A DNA stretch of 36,819 nucleotides from a virus (IMGVR_UViG_3300048857_000022:1-36819), one strand, 5' to 3'; positions 17,502-27,427 are shown, counted from the first letter of the stretch. Notes: generated from the sequence alone by a model not told the origin. Numbers and translations are program-made.

Positions 17502-18101
17502 TTAGCTGAAAAACTTAGTAGCCAGACCGCCTAAAGCTATTAGTGTTCCTACCACCCAGGTTAAGAATTTATTCTTTTCGTAAAGCTCTTCTATCCTAGA
17601 TTTAGGCTTCCACATATCAAGTTCAGACTTGATGTGCTGACCAATAAAATCAGACAACCTATTGATTTCAGAATCAACTGACCGACGGGGTATGCTGTCA
17701 GGAAAGCCATGCCCTAACAAGCGCTGGTCCACATCTGACATCGCATCAAAGATCTTATGTACAGAGCTAACGAGGAAAGCCTGGACTTCAGGAAGCAGAA
17801 GTCTGGCATCTATCTGATTCTCTTTTGCTTTTGAAATAGCTGTAGCGATCTCTTCTAAAATTAAAGCTTCAACAAACGGATCAATGTATCTCGTCCAAAA
17901 AACGTGACGAGGAGACCCTTTGAACTTAATTCCTTTGTAAGAGATTTCACCCCCATCGAAATCCTTGACTTTGAAAGGGTCTCCGGAAGTCATAAAAACC
18001 CAAGGTGTTACTTGATTTTTAATGAGTTTTTCAGTGGCATCATTGATGCGTTTTTGAAAAATAGGAAAAAGAGGAGTAGCCATTGATAGATCTAATATCA
18101 T
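17502..18101 (-). CDS. Hypothetical protein with C-terminal TM helix (moron)
   Basis: 199-aa AT-rich ORF ending FLTWVVGTLIALGGLATKFFS. Confidence 0.7.
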   Translation of the reverse strand: MILDLSMATPLFPIFQKRINDATEKLIKNQVTPWVFMTSGDPFKVKDFDGGEISYKGIKFKGSPRHVFWTRYIDPFVEALILEEIATAISKAKENQIDARLLLPEVQAFLVSSVHKIFDAMSDVDQRLLGHGFPDSIPRRSVDSEINRLSDFIGQHIKSELDMWKPKSRIEELYEKNKFLTWVVGTLIALGGLATKFFS

Positions 18102-18187
18102 CCTTCGACAAAAGGCTTGATTAACACTCTAGTCGTATCTAATCCAGCGGTATTCGCCTGAAAGCTAGCACTCTGCCGACGAAGTCG

Positions 18188-18646
18188 CTAATGCTCCAAA
18201 AACAAATGTTCTAAGATTAGATCCTCTACAAGCTTCAGGTCATCCTTAGCTAATCCTAATAGCTCTCGGCGGGCATAACGAACATCCGGCGCACCACGCT
18301 CAGCTCGGTCCTTCAGGCCGTACTGATGTACTCTTGCGATCCGAGCGATCCGGCCGGTAAAGCCGACCGTTACGGCCTGCTCGCTGCCTTGTGCTTTCAG
18401 GTAGCGGGCCATTTTCAGCTTTTGGAACATCTTCTTTTTGATCCGGCCCTGCTTGCCTCGCAGATCACGCTGCTTGCGCTTTTCATACGCTGAGCCGTCC
18501 GGATTCTTCTGAGCCGTGATCCGCTTGGTTTGGTTTTTACGGATCTCGCGGGCCGCATCCCTGGCCAGTCGGGTGCGCTCCTGAGGCTTAATCTTTTCCA
18601 GCAGCGGACTCAACCAGGTTTCCAGCGCGCTCAGGTCGTCACTCAT
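18188..18646 (-). CDS. S: Tail completion / virion morphogenesis protein S
   Basis: RITAQKNPDGSAY...ARIARVHQYGL...YARRELLG; start reassigned to MSDDL. Confidence 0.9.
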   Translation of the reverse strand: MSDDLSALETWLSPLLEKIKPQERTRLARDAAREIRKNQTKRITAQKNPDGSAYEKRKQRDLRGKQGRIKKKMFQKLKMARYLKAQGSEQAVTVGFTGRIARIARVHQYGLKDRAERGAPDVRYARRELLGLAKDDLKLVEDLILEHLFLEH

Positions 18647-19176
18647 GACCCGCTGCTCCGCTTGAGCTGTGGCGTCTCCAGGGCCATGGCGTCGCTGCCG
18701 TCTGGCGTCTGCCACTCGGCCAGGAGTTCATCGCCGGCATAGACCTGGAACAGGCCAGAGACCTCTGCTTCGGTGTATTGCGGCTCGCCGGCATGGGTGA
18801 GCGAGTAGGTGCCGTTGTCCTGCCGTTTCACAATCACTCGCTCGGTCAACGGCAGGGTGATGGACATGTCCACCTTGCTCTTGTCCAGGATATCCACCTC
18901 GAAGCGGATCCCCTCGGCCGATTTATCCAGGTTGGCCAAGAGCTCTGACTGGTTTGTCCGGACCCAGGCCAGCAGCGGTAGCATTACCGCATCCGGGTGG
19001 CCGGCAAAGTCGGTCAGGATAATCTGCAGCTCATAGTTGTACTCATAGGACAGGCTGGCCGCTGCCGTGCAGCGCACCTTGCCCTGGTCGATAAAGATCA
19101 GCAGCCGGTCGGGGTTGTGCCTGAGTTCGGGCACCGCTGCCATGAGATGAGCGCGCAGGCTTTCCGGCTTATTCAT
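18643..19176 (-). CDS. R: Tail completion protein R
   Basis: MNKPESLRAHL...NPDRLLIFIDQG...LPLTERVIV. Confidence 0.9.
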   Translation of the reverse strand: MNKPESLRAHLMAAVPELRHNPDRLLIFIDQGKVRCTAAASLSYEYNYELQIILTDFAGHPDAVMLPLLAWVRTNQSELLANLDKSAEGIRFEVDILDKSKVDMSITLPLTERVIVKRQDNGTYSLTHAGEPQYTEAEVSGLFQVYAGDELLAEWQTPDGSDAMALETPQLKRSSGS

Positions 19177-19429
19177 GCAGGCCTTCCTGATAGTCAACGA
19201 TCATATCGACCTTGGCGGCGCAGACAGCCCAGTCGTGCTCGATAGTTTCGATATCCCCGAGCAGCTCGCTGTTACGGGTGGGGTTGGTCTGGGACAGGGT
19301 GCAGCGGGTCACTACCGGACAGCCACTGACGATAAGCTGCGGAGCCGGTAAGAGCGGGGCGCTGCCGCAACCTGCGAGCAGCACTAGGCAGCTGACCAGC
19401 AGCCCAGTCTTTAAATGCGTGGTTTTCAT
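19169..19429 (-). CDS. lysC: O-spanin lipoprotein (Rz1/LysC)
   Basis: MKTTHLKTGLLVSCLVLLAG-C lipobox, CPVVTRC, WAVCAAKVD; overlaps the i-spanin gene. Confidence 0.85.
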   Translation of the reverse strand: MKTTHLKTGLLVSCLVLLAGCGSAPLLPAPQLIVSGCPVVTRCTLSQTNPTRNSELLGDIETIEHDWAVCAAKVDMIVDYQEGLHE

Positions 19430-19715
19430 CTTCCAGTTCCTTGAGTCGGGCCTTGCGTACATCAATCTCGCGGCGCAGGTCGGCCTGGATGGTTTGCAGC
19501 TGCCGCTGGGCATTGCGTTCGCCCTGCAGCGTGTGGGTGAGGGTGTCGATGGTGTGTTGCCGGTCGAGATTGGCCTGCTCGGCCTGGGTGGCCCGGCTCT
19601 CGGCACTGGCCTGGGCGGCCTCGGCCATCTCCAGGCGCAGGTGCTGGATCCAGAGAAACCCAGCCAACGCAACGAGCAGGGCCAGGCCGTAGCCGAGCTG
19701 CTTGAGCGTACTCAT
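19272..19715 (-). CDS. lysB: I-spanin (Rz/LysB)
   Basis: N-terminal TM, coiled coil, ...ENHAFKDWAAGQLP. Confidence 0.85.
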   Translation of the reverse strand: MSTLKQLGYGLALLVALAGFLWIQHLRLEMAEAAQASAESRATQAEQANLDRQHTIDTLTHTLQGERNAQRQLQTIQADLRREIDVRKARLKELEDENHAFKDWAAGQLPSAARRLRQRPALTGSAAYRQWLSGSDPLHPVPDQPHP

Positions 19716-19921
19716 GCCTGCTCCCAGCCCAGCCAGCTGCTTTCCCAGTGTTCGACAGTGAGCACGGCACGCTCGATCTGCTCGGAATCGCCACCAAAGG
19801 CCAGCCAGGTCACACCGGGCAGGGCCAGGTGCAAGGCCTCGCCCAGCTCGTTGGCCGTCTCAATCGGTGCGCATCCGGAAAACACAAACACATCGCTTTC
19901 CTGCGACGGCTGCCGGTTCAT
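19712..19921 (-). CDS. Small hypothetical protein in the lysis cassette
   Basis: 69 aa, translationally coupled to endolysin and lysB. Confidence 0.55.
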   Translation of the reverse strand: MNRQPSQESDVFVFSGCAPIETANELGEALHLALPGVTWLAFGGDSEQIERAVLTVEHWESSWLGWEQA

Positions 19922-20730
19922 TACGCCGCCTCCGCAGGCGCATCAGCCAAATGCCGCTCATAGGCGCGGGCCAGCTTGATGTCGTAGAGGTTTCGCTTGT
20001 AGGCCGGGCCGTTGTACAGCTCGGCCACCCTGGCCCATTTGCGGGCCTTGAGCGCGTTATGCAGGACGGTGTCAGCCAGGATGAAACGTACAAAGGCCTC
20101 CAGCTGCAGGCCTTCGCTCTTGCTCATCGCAGCCACAAAGGCCTGCACTGACTCATAACCCAGGCGCTGCCAGTGGTAGCCCATGATCTGGAACGCACCC
20201 CAGGAGGCGGACTCCAGCGCGACGGCCTCATCGATCTGCCGGGCCAGAGCCAGGCGCTGCCATTCGGCCGTACCGCCGGAATATCCTCCGGCCGTGGCGT
20301 TGACAAGGTTGGGATACTGCGCCTCGAGCATCGCAACATCATGCCCGGCCGCCTCGAGGCGTTCGCGGAAGACGTGCCGCTCAAACAGGATCTTGGCTTT
20401 GCCGTTAGGCAGGAAGCCTTCACCCTGGCTTTCTACTTCGTTGATGGCGTAGACACTGGCCAGCGATACCTCAAGTTGACCTGCCGCTTTGGCAAGGTCA
20501 GCATGCTGCAGGTGCTTGCCATCGTTAATGCCCAAGAGGCGCGCCTGGGTCTTGGGACCGGCGATACCGTCAGCCACCAGACCCGTCCTTAGCTGGTAGG
20601 CCTTCACGGCCTTTTCGGTGGCATCGCCGTAGATCCCATCCAGACGCAACTGCGCGCCCTGCTTATTCAGGGCATTCTGCAGGTCGATGACGGCCTGGCC
20701 TTTGTCGCCGTGCTTTAAGGTGACGGTCAT
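19921..20730 (-). CDS. Modular endolysin: PG-binding domain plus DUF3380-type muramidase
   Basis: LKHGDKG...DGIYG...DGIAGPKT; EVES...ILFERH...SASWGAFQIMG. Confidence 0.92.
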   Translation of the reverse strand: MTVTLKHGDKGQAVIDLQNALNKQGAQLRLDGIYGDATEKAVKAYQLRTGLVADGIAGPKTQARLLGINDGKHLQHADLAKAAGQLEVSLASVYAINEVESQGEGFLPNGKAKILFERHVFRERLEAAGHDVAMLEAQYPNLVNATAGGYSGGTAEWQRLALARQIDEAVALESASWGAFQIMGYHWQRLGYESVQAFVAAMSKSEGLQLEAFVRFILADTVLHNALKARKWARVAELYNGPAYKRNLYDIKLARAYERHLADAPAEAA

Positions 20731-21077
20731 TGCGCATCCTCCACCTTTTTGCTCAGGTAGCGGTCAGCCAGGCGGCGGACGCCTTCTACCCCCAGCAGGC
20801 CAATAACGCCGCCAAAGAACGGGGCGGCGGTCTGGGCAATGCCAAAGAAGTCCAGGCCGGAGCTGGTGGCCAAGCTAATGGCTCCGCACAGCGGGGCCTC
20901 CAGGAGGACTTGGCGGAAACTGCCGCCGCCGTAGAGGACGCGCAGAGCTGCAACCGTACAGCCCAGAAGGCCTGCATAGATCGTGCTCCACTCTGCTTGC
21001 AGCCGGGCGATCAGCCAGGCGTAGATATCGAAATTCTCGGGAGGCATGGTGGGCTTCTCGTTATTCATGGTGATCAA
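20727..21077 (-). CDS. Holin (lambda-like family)
   Basis: Three hydrophobic segments, GGVIGLLGVEGVR, directly upstream of endolysin. Confidence 0.85.
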   Translation of the reverse strand: MITMNNEKPTMPPENFDIYAWLIARLQAEWSTIYAGLLGCTVAALRVLYGGGSFRQVLLEAPLCGAISLATSSGLDFFGIAQTAAPFFGGVIGLLGVEGVRRLADRYLSKKVEDAQ

Positions 21078-21295
21078 TCCCAGAGGTTCACCTGCTGCGC
21101 CTCTTGGGCTTCAGCGGTTGTGGTGGATACGTCTGGCAGGGTGACGGGGTGTCCGATCGGCAAGACAGGTCCTAGCTCGGCGAGGCCCGGATTGGCCTCC
21201 AAGACCTGCTCGGTCACGCCGGCGGTTGCGCCGTAGTGCCTCCAGCAGAGCCGGTCGAGGGTGTCGTTTTGCTGTGCGCGGACGGTGGTGGCCAT
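21074..21295 (-). CDS. X: Tail protein X
   Basis: VRAQQNDTLDRLCWRHYG...ANPGLA...VNLWD. Confidence 0.92.
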   Translation of the reverse strand: MATTVRAQQNDTLDRLCWRHYGATAGVTEQVLEANPGLAELGPVLPIGHPVTLPDVSTTTAEAQEAQQVNLWD

Positions 21296-21756
21296 CAGAT
21301 AAGCTCTACTGTGCTGCGGCCCAGGCCAAGCAGGTCGCGGATGGCCCAGCGGGCATCGCGGCGGTACTCATCAATGCTTGGCGTGAGTTCGTCAGCGCTC
21401 TGGCTTCCTGCCTTGGTGGTGTCGTAGCTGCGGTAACGCTCGTAGAGTTCCGAGCAGGCCAGGCACGACACGGCGCGGGTATAGAGCTGCACCAGGAGGC
21501 TCTGTCCAGATATCGAATCCGAAGGGACTTCAGCCAGCGAGGCATAACCGAGTAATGTGTTACGCGCCTTGAACGCGACCAGGTCGCGGTTGGCGGAAAT
21601 CATTGCGCCGGTAATGGCGACCTGCAGACGGGTATCCGTAACGCTTGAGTCGATCCGTTGGGCTGCGCGCAGCTGATTGGCATCGAGATCCGGCCACCAG
21701 CCGTCATTGATCACGGTGAGTTCGGAGGCCTGGGCTACTGCTATAAAACCGCTCAT
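21295..21756 (-). CDS. L: Head completion protein L
   Basis: NDGWWPD...ERYRSYDTT...RDARWAIRDLLG..RSTVELI. Confidence 0.92.
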   Translation of the reverse strand: MSGFIAVAQASELTVINDGWWPDLDANQLRAAQRIDSSVTDTRLQVAITGAMISANRDLVAFKARNTLLGYASLAEVPSDSISGQSLLVQLYTRAVSCLACSELYERYRSYDTTKAGSQSADELTPSIDEYRRDARWAIRDLLGLGRSTVELI

Positions 21757-21856
21757 GGTGCCGCCTTAAGAATGGGTCGCCGGTGGTCAGGGCTTTTCTG
21801 CGAAGCACTAGGTTTGCAGTGAGCCCTGAGCCGGCGGGGTGCGCGGGGACGCTCGT

Positions 21857-22555
21857 TTAGCCGGGGTTTCCGGCATGTTTCTTCAGGAGGCGCTCGGCGC
21901 GCTCCAGATCCTTTTTGCCGCCGCAGCGGTCATGCAGGCCGATGGCCTTTTGCAGGGATTCGATGGCCGCCTGCAGCTGGCCAGGCTGGCCGGCGTTGTC
22001 GTCATCGATGCCATGGAGTTCTGCCTTGCCGATGGCCAGGTACAGCTTGGCCCTGGCCTCGTCAGGCATATCCTGCTCAGCCGTGAGTTCGTCGGTGCGT
22101 TTCAGGGTGTCCAGGTCAAAGGTGTCGCCGGCCTTTTGCGCATTGAGCGCAGCGGTGGCGACTTCCTCGGCGACCAGGCAGCCGGTGGTCCGGGCGAAGC
22201 GATCCGGCATGACAAGACCCTTGCCCAACACATACGCCGCAACGTCCAGCGCACCGGCGTAGTCGCCGGCATCGATACGCCAGATCATGACCGTGGTCAT
22301 GACCTCGTCCTGAGCGCCCTGGCCTGCGGACAGCACGCCGGCCACATAGTCCTCGTACTCGGGCAAGAGCTGCCGCTTGAGTTCGGCCTTACCCTGGGCA
22401 GACTGAATCTGCTTTAGGCGCAGGCGGTCCTGGAGCAACTTGGCCAGCTGCAGCTCATAACTCGTGGCCCCTTCCATGGAGCCATGCGGTGAGGCCTCAG
22501 CGGCCTCCCTGGCGGCGCGCTTGCGCAGCTGGGTACGTTGAGCAAGGGTCAGCAT
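21857..22555 (-). CDS. M: Terminase small (endonuclease) subunit M
   Basis: RLKQIQS...AQDEVMTTVMIWRIDAGD...DMPDEARAKL. Confidence 0.93.
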   Translation of the reverse strand: MLTLAQRTQLRKRAAREAAEASPHGSMEGATSYELQLAKLLQDRLRLKQIQSAQGKAELKRQLLPEYEDYVAGVLSAGQGAQDEVMTTVMIWRIDAGDYAGALDVAAYVLGKGLVMPDRFARTTGCLVAEEVATAALNAQKAGDTFDLDTLKRTDELTAEQDMPDEARAKLYLAIGKAELHGIDDDNAGQPGQLQAAIESLQKAIGLHDRCGGKKDLERAERLLKKHAGNPG

Positions 22556-22558
22556 GGG

Positions 22559-23590
22559 TTACACCGCCTCGACGTGTTCAGCCAGGGCGACCAGACCGAA
22601 GTCCTCGATCACATAGGCATCATTCGAGGACTGGTAATCCGCGATGCGGTCGTACTCCGGCTCGTCTTTCAGATAACGACGGCGGCCGCCTTCCTGAACG
22701 TAGATCGACAGGTTGGCCAGCGTCGTGACCAGAATGGTTCCTTCGGGGAAGAACGGTGCATCAACGACCGGCAGGCCACCCAGGCGCGCCTTGGCGACGA
22801 TCTCGTCGGCAGCGTTGGCCTCGACGTTGGACGCACCACCCTTCTCAACTGCGGCCAACAGTTTGTTGTGCATGAGATCGCGAGAGATCAGAACTACCAG
22901 ATCCGGGCGGCTGCGGTGCCAGGGTTCAAGCATCTGGACCAGGTCATAGACCAGGCCATCCAGCGTGCCGAAGTCCCCGACAAAACTGCCGTCTGCATTT
23001 TTGGAAGGATTAATCGTGATCTTGCCTTCGGTCTTTCCGCTATCAAGCACGCGATCTGCTGCGCCTTCGCGAATCTTCTGCAGCCAACCCTTGTTCACGT
23101 CCTGCAGAAGGGGATTCTTACCAAGATCGGTCGCCGCTTCGGCGCTCTTGCCGTTAAAGCCAATCATGATGCGGTCAAGGGCCTGACGCTCGGTGATGGC
23201 TTTGGACAGGCGAACCTGGAAGTCTGGAAATCGCGCCCAGGCATCGATCAGCTGGTAGGGAAACGCGCTGTCGAAGTTGGTCTGCTTGCAGCTGTAGCTG
23301 TCCTTGGTCAGCAAACTACGGTCCAGCGGATTGCGCCGGTTGCCGCCCTTGGTGTTAGTGCGGCTGGCAATCGGACCGTTCACGCCAAGCAGAATGGACT
23401 CGCCTTCCTGCTCGGTCACGGTGATGACATTGACCTTTTGCAGCAGCGTGTTGGACTCCTGAATGGCGGTTTCCAGCTTTTGCTGCACAGCGGGCGTTAC
23501 GTTGAATTTCTGCTCAGCCGAGCTGACGCCGTTGAGGAGGGCCACCTGACCCAGGAAGCCGTTAAAGACAATACGTGTTTCTTTGCGCAT
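22559..23590 (-). CDS. N: Major capsid protein N
   Basis: MRKETR...ALDRIMIGFNG...NPLLQDVNKGWLQK...SSNDAYVIED. Confidence 0.96.
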   Translation of the reverse strand: MRKETRIVFNGFLGQVALLNGVSSAEQKFNVTPAVQQKLETAIQESNTLLQKVNVITVTEQEGESILLGVNGPIASRTNTKGGNRRNPLDRSLLTKDSYSCKQTNFDSAFPYQLIDAWARFPDFQVRLSKAITERQALDRIMIGFNGKSAEAATDLGKNPLLQDVNKGWLQKIREGAADRVLDSGKTEGKITINPSKNADGSFVGDFGTLDGLVYDLVQMLEPWHRSRPDLVVLISRDLMHNKLLAAVEKGGASNVEANAADEIVAKARLGGLPVVDAPFFPEGTILVTTLANLSIYVQEGGRRRYLKDEPEYDRIADYQSSNDAYVIEDFGLVALAEHVEAV

Positions 23591-23617
23591 GGGGTTCTCC
23601 CGAGAATGCGGCGGGTT

Positions 23618-24460
23618 TTAGTAAGCGGTGAGGATCTGGCCGGTGCTGCCAGTGGCCGGCGGACGCTGCTGCTGGCTGTGATCGGCGGTCTTGCCGAGGG
23701 TGTCGGTGAGTTCGGTCAGGCGGGCTTCGAGCGCGTCCAGGCTTGTGCTGAACTCGCCCTGCTGGGTTTGCACCTTATTAAGATCCTCGCCCTGGTCACG
23801 CACATGGCCGGCCAGCTCGACCACGGCTTCGCCAAATTGGGCGAACGCCTGGTTATCCTCGGCCTGCTTGCTCTTGAACATGTCCTGGATGCGCGTGAAC
23901 AAAGCCGAACCGATGGAGGTCTTCTCCTGCACTTCTTCCAGCTCGATGCGGGTCTCTTCGCAGGCAGTGAACAGATTGTCAGGGGACTGCTTGCGCGCCT
24001 TGAGCGGGTTGGCTTCTGGGTTCTGGGCCGCAAACGAAAGCATTTCGGTGCCAATGCTGGCTGGGCTGTCGGTGACGGCCAAACCCACCAGATATGCCTG
24101 GCCGCTGGATCCGAATTTCTCGTTCACCTCGATGGAGGTGTACACCTTTTGCTTAAGGTTATTGACTATGTTTACCAGGTCGTCGGTAGGCTCGATCTGG
24201 GCAAACAAGGCCAGCTTTTTCTCGCCGTTGATCTCGACTTCCTGAGTCGATAAAGCCAGGACATCGCCATAGGCGCGGAAAGGCGAATCGGCCAGGGTGC
24301 TGCGGAAGTGTTCCATCCAGATGCGGGCACCGTAGACCTTGGGGTCGTAATTGGCGGCCATCTGCTCAATCCAGCTGCGCTCGATGGTGCGGCCGTCTGT
24401 GGTTGCGCCTTCGACGGCAACACGGAACTGCTTGGAACGAAATTTCTTTTTAGTGCTCAT
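23618..24460 (-). CDS. O: Capsid scaffolding/protease protein O
   Basis: FRVAVEGATTDGRTI...YLVGLAVTDSPASIGTE. Confidence 0.95.
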   Translation of the reverse strand: MSTKKKFRSKQFRVAVEGATTDGRTIERSWIEQMAANYDPKVYGARIWMEHFRSTLADSPFRAYGDVLALSTQEVEINGEKKLALFAQIEPTDDLVNIVNNLKQKVYTSIEVNEKFGSSGQAYLVGLAVTDSPASIGTEMLSFAAQNPEANPLKARKQSPDNLFTACEETRIELEEVQEKTSIGSALFTRIQDMFKSKQAEDNQAFAQFGEAVVELAGHVRDQGEDLNKVQTQQGEFSTSLDALEARLTELTDTLGKTADHSQQQRPPATGSTGQILTAY

Positions 24461-24549
24461 GCCGTGAGGTCCTCAATGCGGGGGTCGCGGGGTGCGTTGG
24501 CAGTGAGGGCATGGTCGTTTTGTGAGGCAGACGCAGCAACGAGCCGGGG

Positions 24550-24570
24550 TTGTAGATCGGCTGTTTACAA
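24550..24570. promoter_or_regulatory. Ogr-type late promoter activator site (divergent pO/pP)
   Basis: TTGTAG-N9-TTACAA between O and P. Confidence 0.8.
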
Positions 24571-24638
24571 GATGCAGCGCTAAGCAGATGAGGGACGAGG
24601 CGGCAGACTGGCAGCCATTAAACGCAGCCAGTCCCGTC

Positions 24639-26399
24639 ATGAACGAAGCCACTCTTACCCTGCCGATGGATACCCGACGCCAAGCCAAATTCTTGTATTG
24701 GATGGGTTGGCGTATCTCTGAAATAGCCGAAGCTACGGACGAGAAAGAAAAGACGCTGCACAGCTGGAAGACCCGCGACGAGTGGGACCGGGCCGATAAC
24801 GTCGAACGCATTGGCGGTGCGCTTGAGGCGCGCCTGGTGCAGCTGATCCTCAAGGAAGCCAAGACCGGCGGCGACTTCAAGGAGATTGATCTCTTGCATC
24901 GGCAACTGGAGCGTCAGGCGCGCATCCAGCGCTTCAAAGATGGCGGCACCGAAACCGAGCTGAACCCAAACCTTGCCAAGCGTAACGAGGGACCCAAGAA
25001 GCCGCCGAAGAAAAACGACTTTAGCGAAGAGGACATCGAGAAGCTAACCGAGGCCTTTATCGACGGCTGCTTCGATTACCAGAAGGATTGGTATCGGACC
25101 ATGAACCAGCGGACCCGGATGATCCTGAAAAGCCGGCAGATCGGGGCCACCTTCTACTTTGCCCGCGAAGCGCTAATCGATGCCCTGGTGTCTGGGCGGA
25201 ACCAGATCTTCCTGTCAGCCAGCAAGGCCCAGGCTCATCAGTTCAAGAACTACATGCAGGCCTTCGTTAATGAAGTCCTCGGTCGTCAGCTCACCGGCGA
25301 CCCCATCGTGCTGCCCAACAATGCCGAACTGCATTTTCTGGGCACCAATGCCCGTACCGCCCAGGGCCGCTCGGGCAATTTCTATTTCGACGAATTCTTC
25401 TGGACCTACAAATTCGAGGAGCTGAATAAAGTCGCCTCGGGTATGGCCCTGCACAAGAAGTGGCGAAAGACCTACTTCAGCACACCCAGCTCCATGGCCC
25501 ATGAGGCCTATAAGTGGTGGACCGGCGAGCGACTGAACAAGGGCAAGCCCACTGCGCAACACCTCAAGATCGATGTCAGCCATGATTCGCTGCAGCTCGG
25601 ACGGCTGTGTGAGGACAAGATCTGGCGACAGATCGTCACCATTCTGGATGCTGAGGCGCGCGGCTGCGATTTGTTCGACCTGGAAGAGCTGCGCATGGAG
25701 TATGCCGCCGAGGCCTTCCAGAACCTGCTCATGTGTGAGTTTGTTGACGATGGAGCCTCGATCTTTCCTTTGGCCATGCTGCAGCCGTGCATGGTGGACA
25801 GCTGGGTCGAGTGGGCCGAAGACTACAAACCCTTTGCCATGCGGCCGCTCGGTGATCGCCCGGTCTGGATTGGCTATGACCCGGCTGAAACGGGCGATAC
25901 GGCTGGCCTGGTTGTCCTGGCTCCGCCGCTGGTTCCCGGTGGCAAGTTCCGGGTCCTGGAGCGTCACCAGTTCAAGGGCATGGACTTTGCCGCCCAGGCT
26001 GAATTTATCCGCAAGGTGACCCAACGCTATTGGGTGACCTATATCGGTATCGATACCACCGGCATGGGCTCAGGCGTTGCGCAGCTGGTGAAGCAATTCT
26101 TTCCAGGCGTCACCACCTTTAGCTACTCGCCCGAGGTCAAGACGCGCCTGATCCTCAAGGCCTATGACGTGATCAAGAACGGCCGCCTCGAATTCGACGC
26201 CGGCTGGACCGACATGGCCGCTGCGCTCATGGCTATTCGCAAGACCATCACCGCAAGCGGTCGGCAGTTCACCTATACCGCGGGCCGCAGCGAAGAGACC
26301 GGCCACGCGGATCTGGCCTGGGCCTTATTTCACGCCTTACACAACGAGCCGCTCGAAGGGCAGACCACTGCCAATACCGGCTTTATGGAGATTCACTGA
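24639..26399 (+). CDS. P: Terminase large (ATPase) subunit P
   Basis: ILKSRQIGATFYFAREA, FYFDEFFW, GYDP, GHADLAWA. Confidence 0.96.
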   Translation: MNEATLTLPMDTRRQAKFLYWMGWRISEIAEATDEKEKTLHSWKTRDEWDRADNVERIGGALEARLVQLILKEAKTGGDFKEIDLLHRQLERQARIQRFKDGGTETELNPNLAKRNEGPKKPPKKNDFSEEDIEKLTEAFIDGCFDYQKDWYRTMNQRTRMILKSRQIGATFYFAREALIDALVSGRNQIFLSASKAQAHQFKNYMQAFVNEVLGRQLTGDPIVLPNNAELHFLGTNARTAQGRSGNFYFDEFFWTYKFEELNKVASGMALHKKWRKTYFSTPSSMAHEAYKWWTGERLNKGKPTAQHLKIDVSHDSLQLGRLCEDKIWRQIVTILDAEARGCDLFDLEELRMEYAAEAFQNLLMCEFVDDGASIFPLAMLQPCMVDSWVEWAEDYKPFAMRPLGDRPVWIGYDPAETGDTAGLVVLAPPLVPGGKFRVLERHQFKGMDFAAQAEFIRKVTQRYWVTYIGIDTTGMGSGVAQLVKQFFPGVTTFSYSPEVKTRLILKAYDVIKNGRLEFDAGWTDMAAALMAIRKTITASGRQFTYTAGRSEETGHADLAWALFHALHNEPLEGQTTANTGFMEIH

Positions 26400-27427
26400 T
26401 GAGCACTACCCTTCAGGATCTGCCGCCGGCATCGGTGGCAGACGAAGCCTTAAACACGGCCGGCATCGAGGCCTTTACCTTTGGCGATGCCGTTCCGGTC
26501 CTCGGCAGTCGTGAGGTGCTCGATTACCTGGAATGCTGGTTTAACGGCCGCTATTACGATCCGCCGCTTTCGCTCGATGGCCTCGCCAAGTCGGTGCGGG
26601 CCAGTGTCTATCTGCAGTCGGGCCTGAACTTCAAACGCAACATGCTGGCCCGTACCTTTGTTCCGCATAAGCTCCTGAGCCGTGCAGCGTTCGAGCAGCT
26701 GGTCCTGGACTGGCTGACCTTTGGCAATGCCTACCTGGAACGCCGCCGCTCGATGCTGGGCAGCACGCTCACGCTTTCCCCTGCCCTGGCTAAATACATG
26801 CGCCGCGGCAAGGACGATCAGTTCTATATGGTTCAGGCCTGGAGAGAAGAACACGCTTTTGAACCGGGCTCGATCTACCACCTGCGCGAAGTGGACATTA
26901 ACCAGGAGATCTACGGCCTGCCGGAGTGGATTGCTGCGTTGCAGTCGGCGCTTTTGAACGAGTCAGCCACCCTCTTCCGCCGCAAGTATTACAACAACGG
27001 CAGCCACGCCGGCTTCATCCTCTACATGACCGATCCGGCCCAGAACGAGGGCGATGTGGATGCCATGCGGCAGGCGTTAAAGTCAGCCAAGGGACCAGGC
27101 AACTTCCGTAACCTCTTCATGTATTCACCTAACGGCAAAAAGGATGGCATCCAACTGATTCCGATCAGCGAAGTGGCGGCCAAGGATGACTTTAGCTCGA
27201 TAAAAAACATTACCCGCGACGATATGCTTGCCGGCCTGCGGATTCCGCCGCAACTGATGGGCATCGTGCCGCAGAATGCCGGGGGCTTTGGCTCGATCCG
27301 GGACGCCGCGTTGATCTATGCAGCCAACGAACTCGAACCTGTCCAGGCGCGCCTGGCCCAGCTTAATGAGTGGATCGGTGATGAGGTGATCAGGTTTAAA
27401 CCCTATGAACTGGCAGCTTTGTCATAG
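26399..27427 (+). CDS. Q: Portal protein Q
   Basis: EAFTFGD...QEIYGLPE...FRRKYYNNGSHAGFILY...GPGNFRNLF. Confidence 0.96.
   Translation: MSTTLQDLPPASVADEALNTAGIEAFTFGDAVPVLGSREVLDYLECWFNGRYYDPPLSLDGLAKSVRASVYLQSGLNFKRNMLARTFVPHKLLSRAAFEQLVLDWLTFGNAYLERRRSMLGSTLTLSPALAKYMRRGKDDQFYMVQAWREEHAFEPGSIYHLREVDINQEIYGLPEWIAALQSALLNESATLFRRKYYNNGSHAGFILYMTDPAQNEGDVDAMRQALKSAKGPGNFRNLFMYSPNGKKDGIQLIPISEVAAKDDFSSIKNITRDDMLAGLRIPPQLMGIVPQNAGGFGSIRDAALIYAANELEPVQARLAQLNEWIGDEVIRFKPYELAALS

Noticed and set aside
22538-24253. 571-aa plus-strand ORF, and similar long antisense ORFs (8508-9299, 19212-19979, 25215-26024)
   Set aside because: Shadow frames opposite well-conserved high-GC structural genes, with no recognisable motifs.
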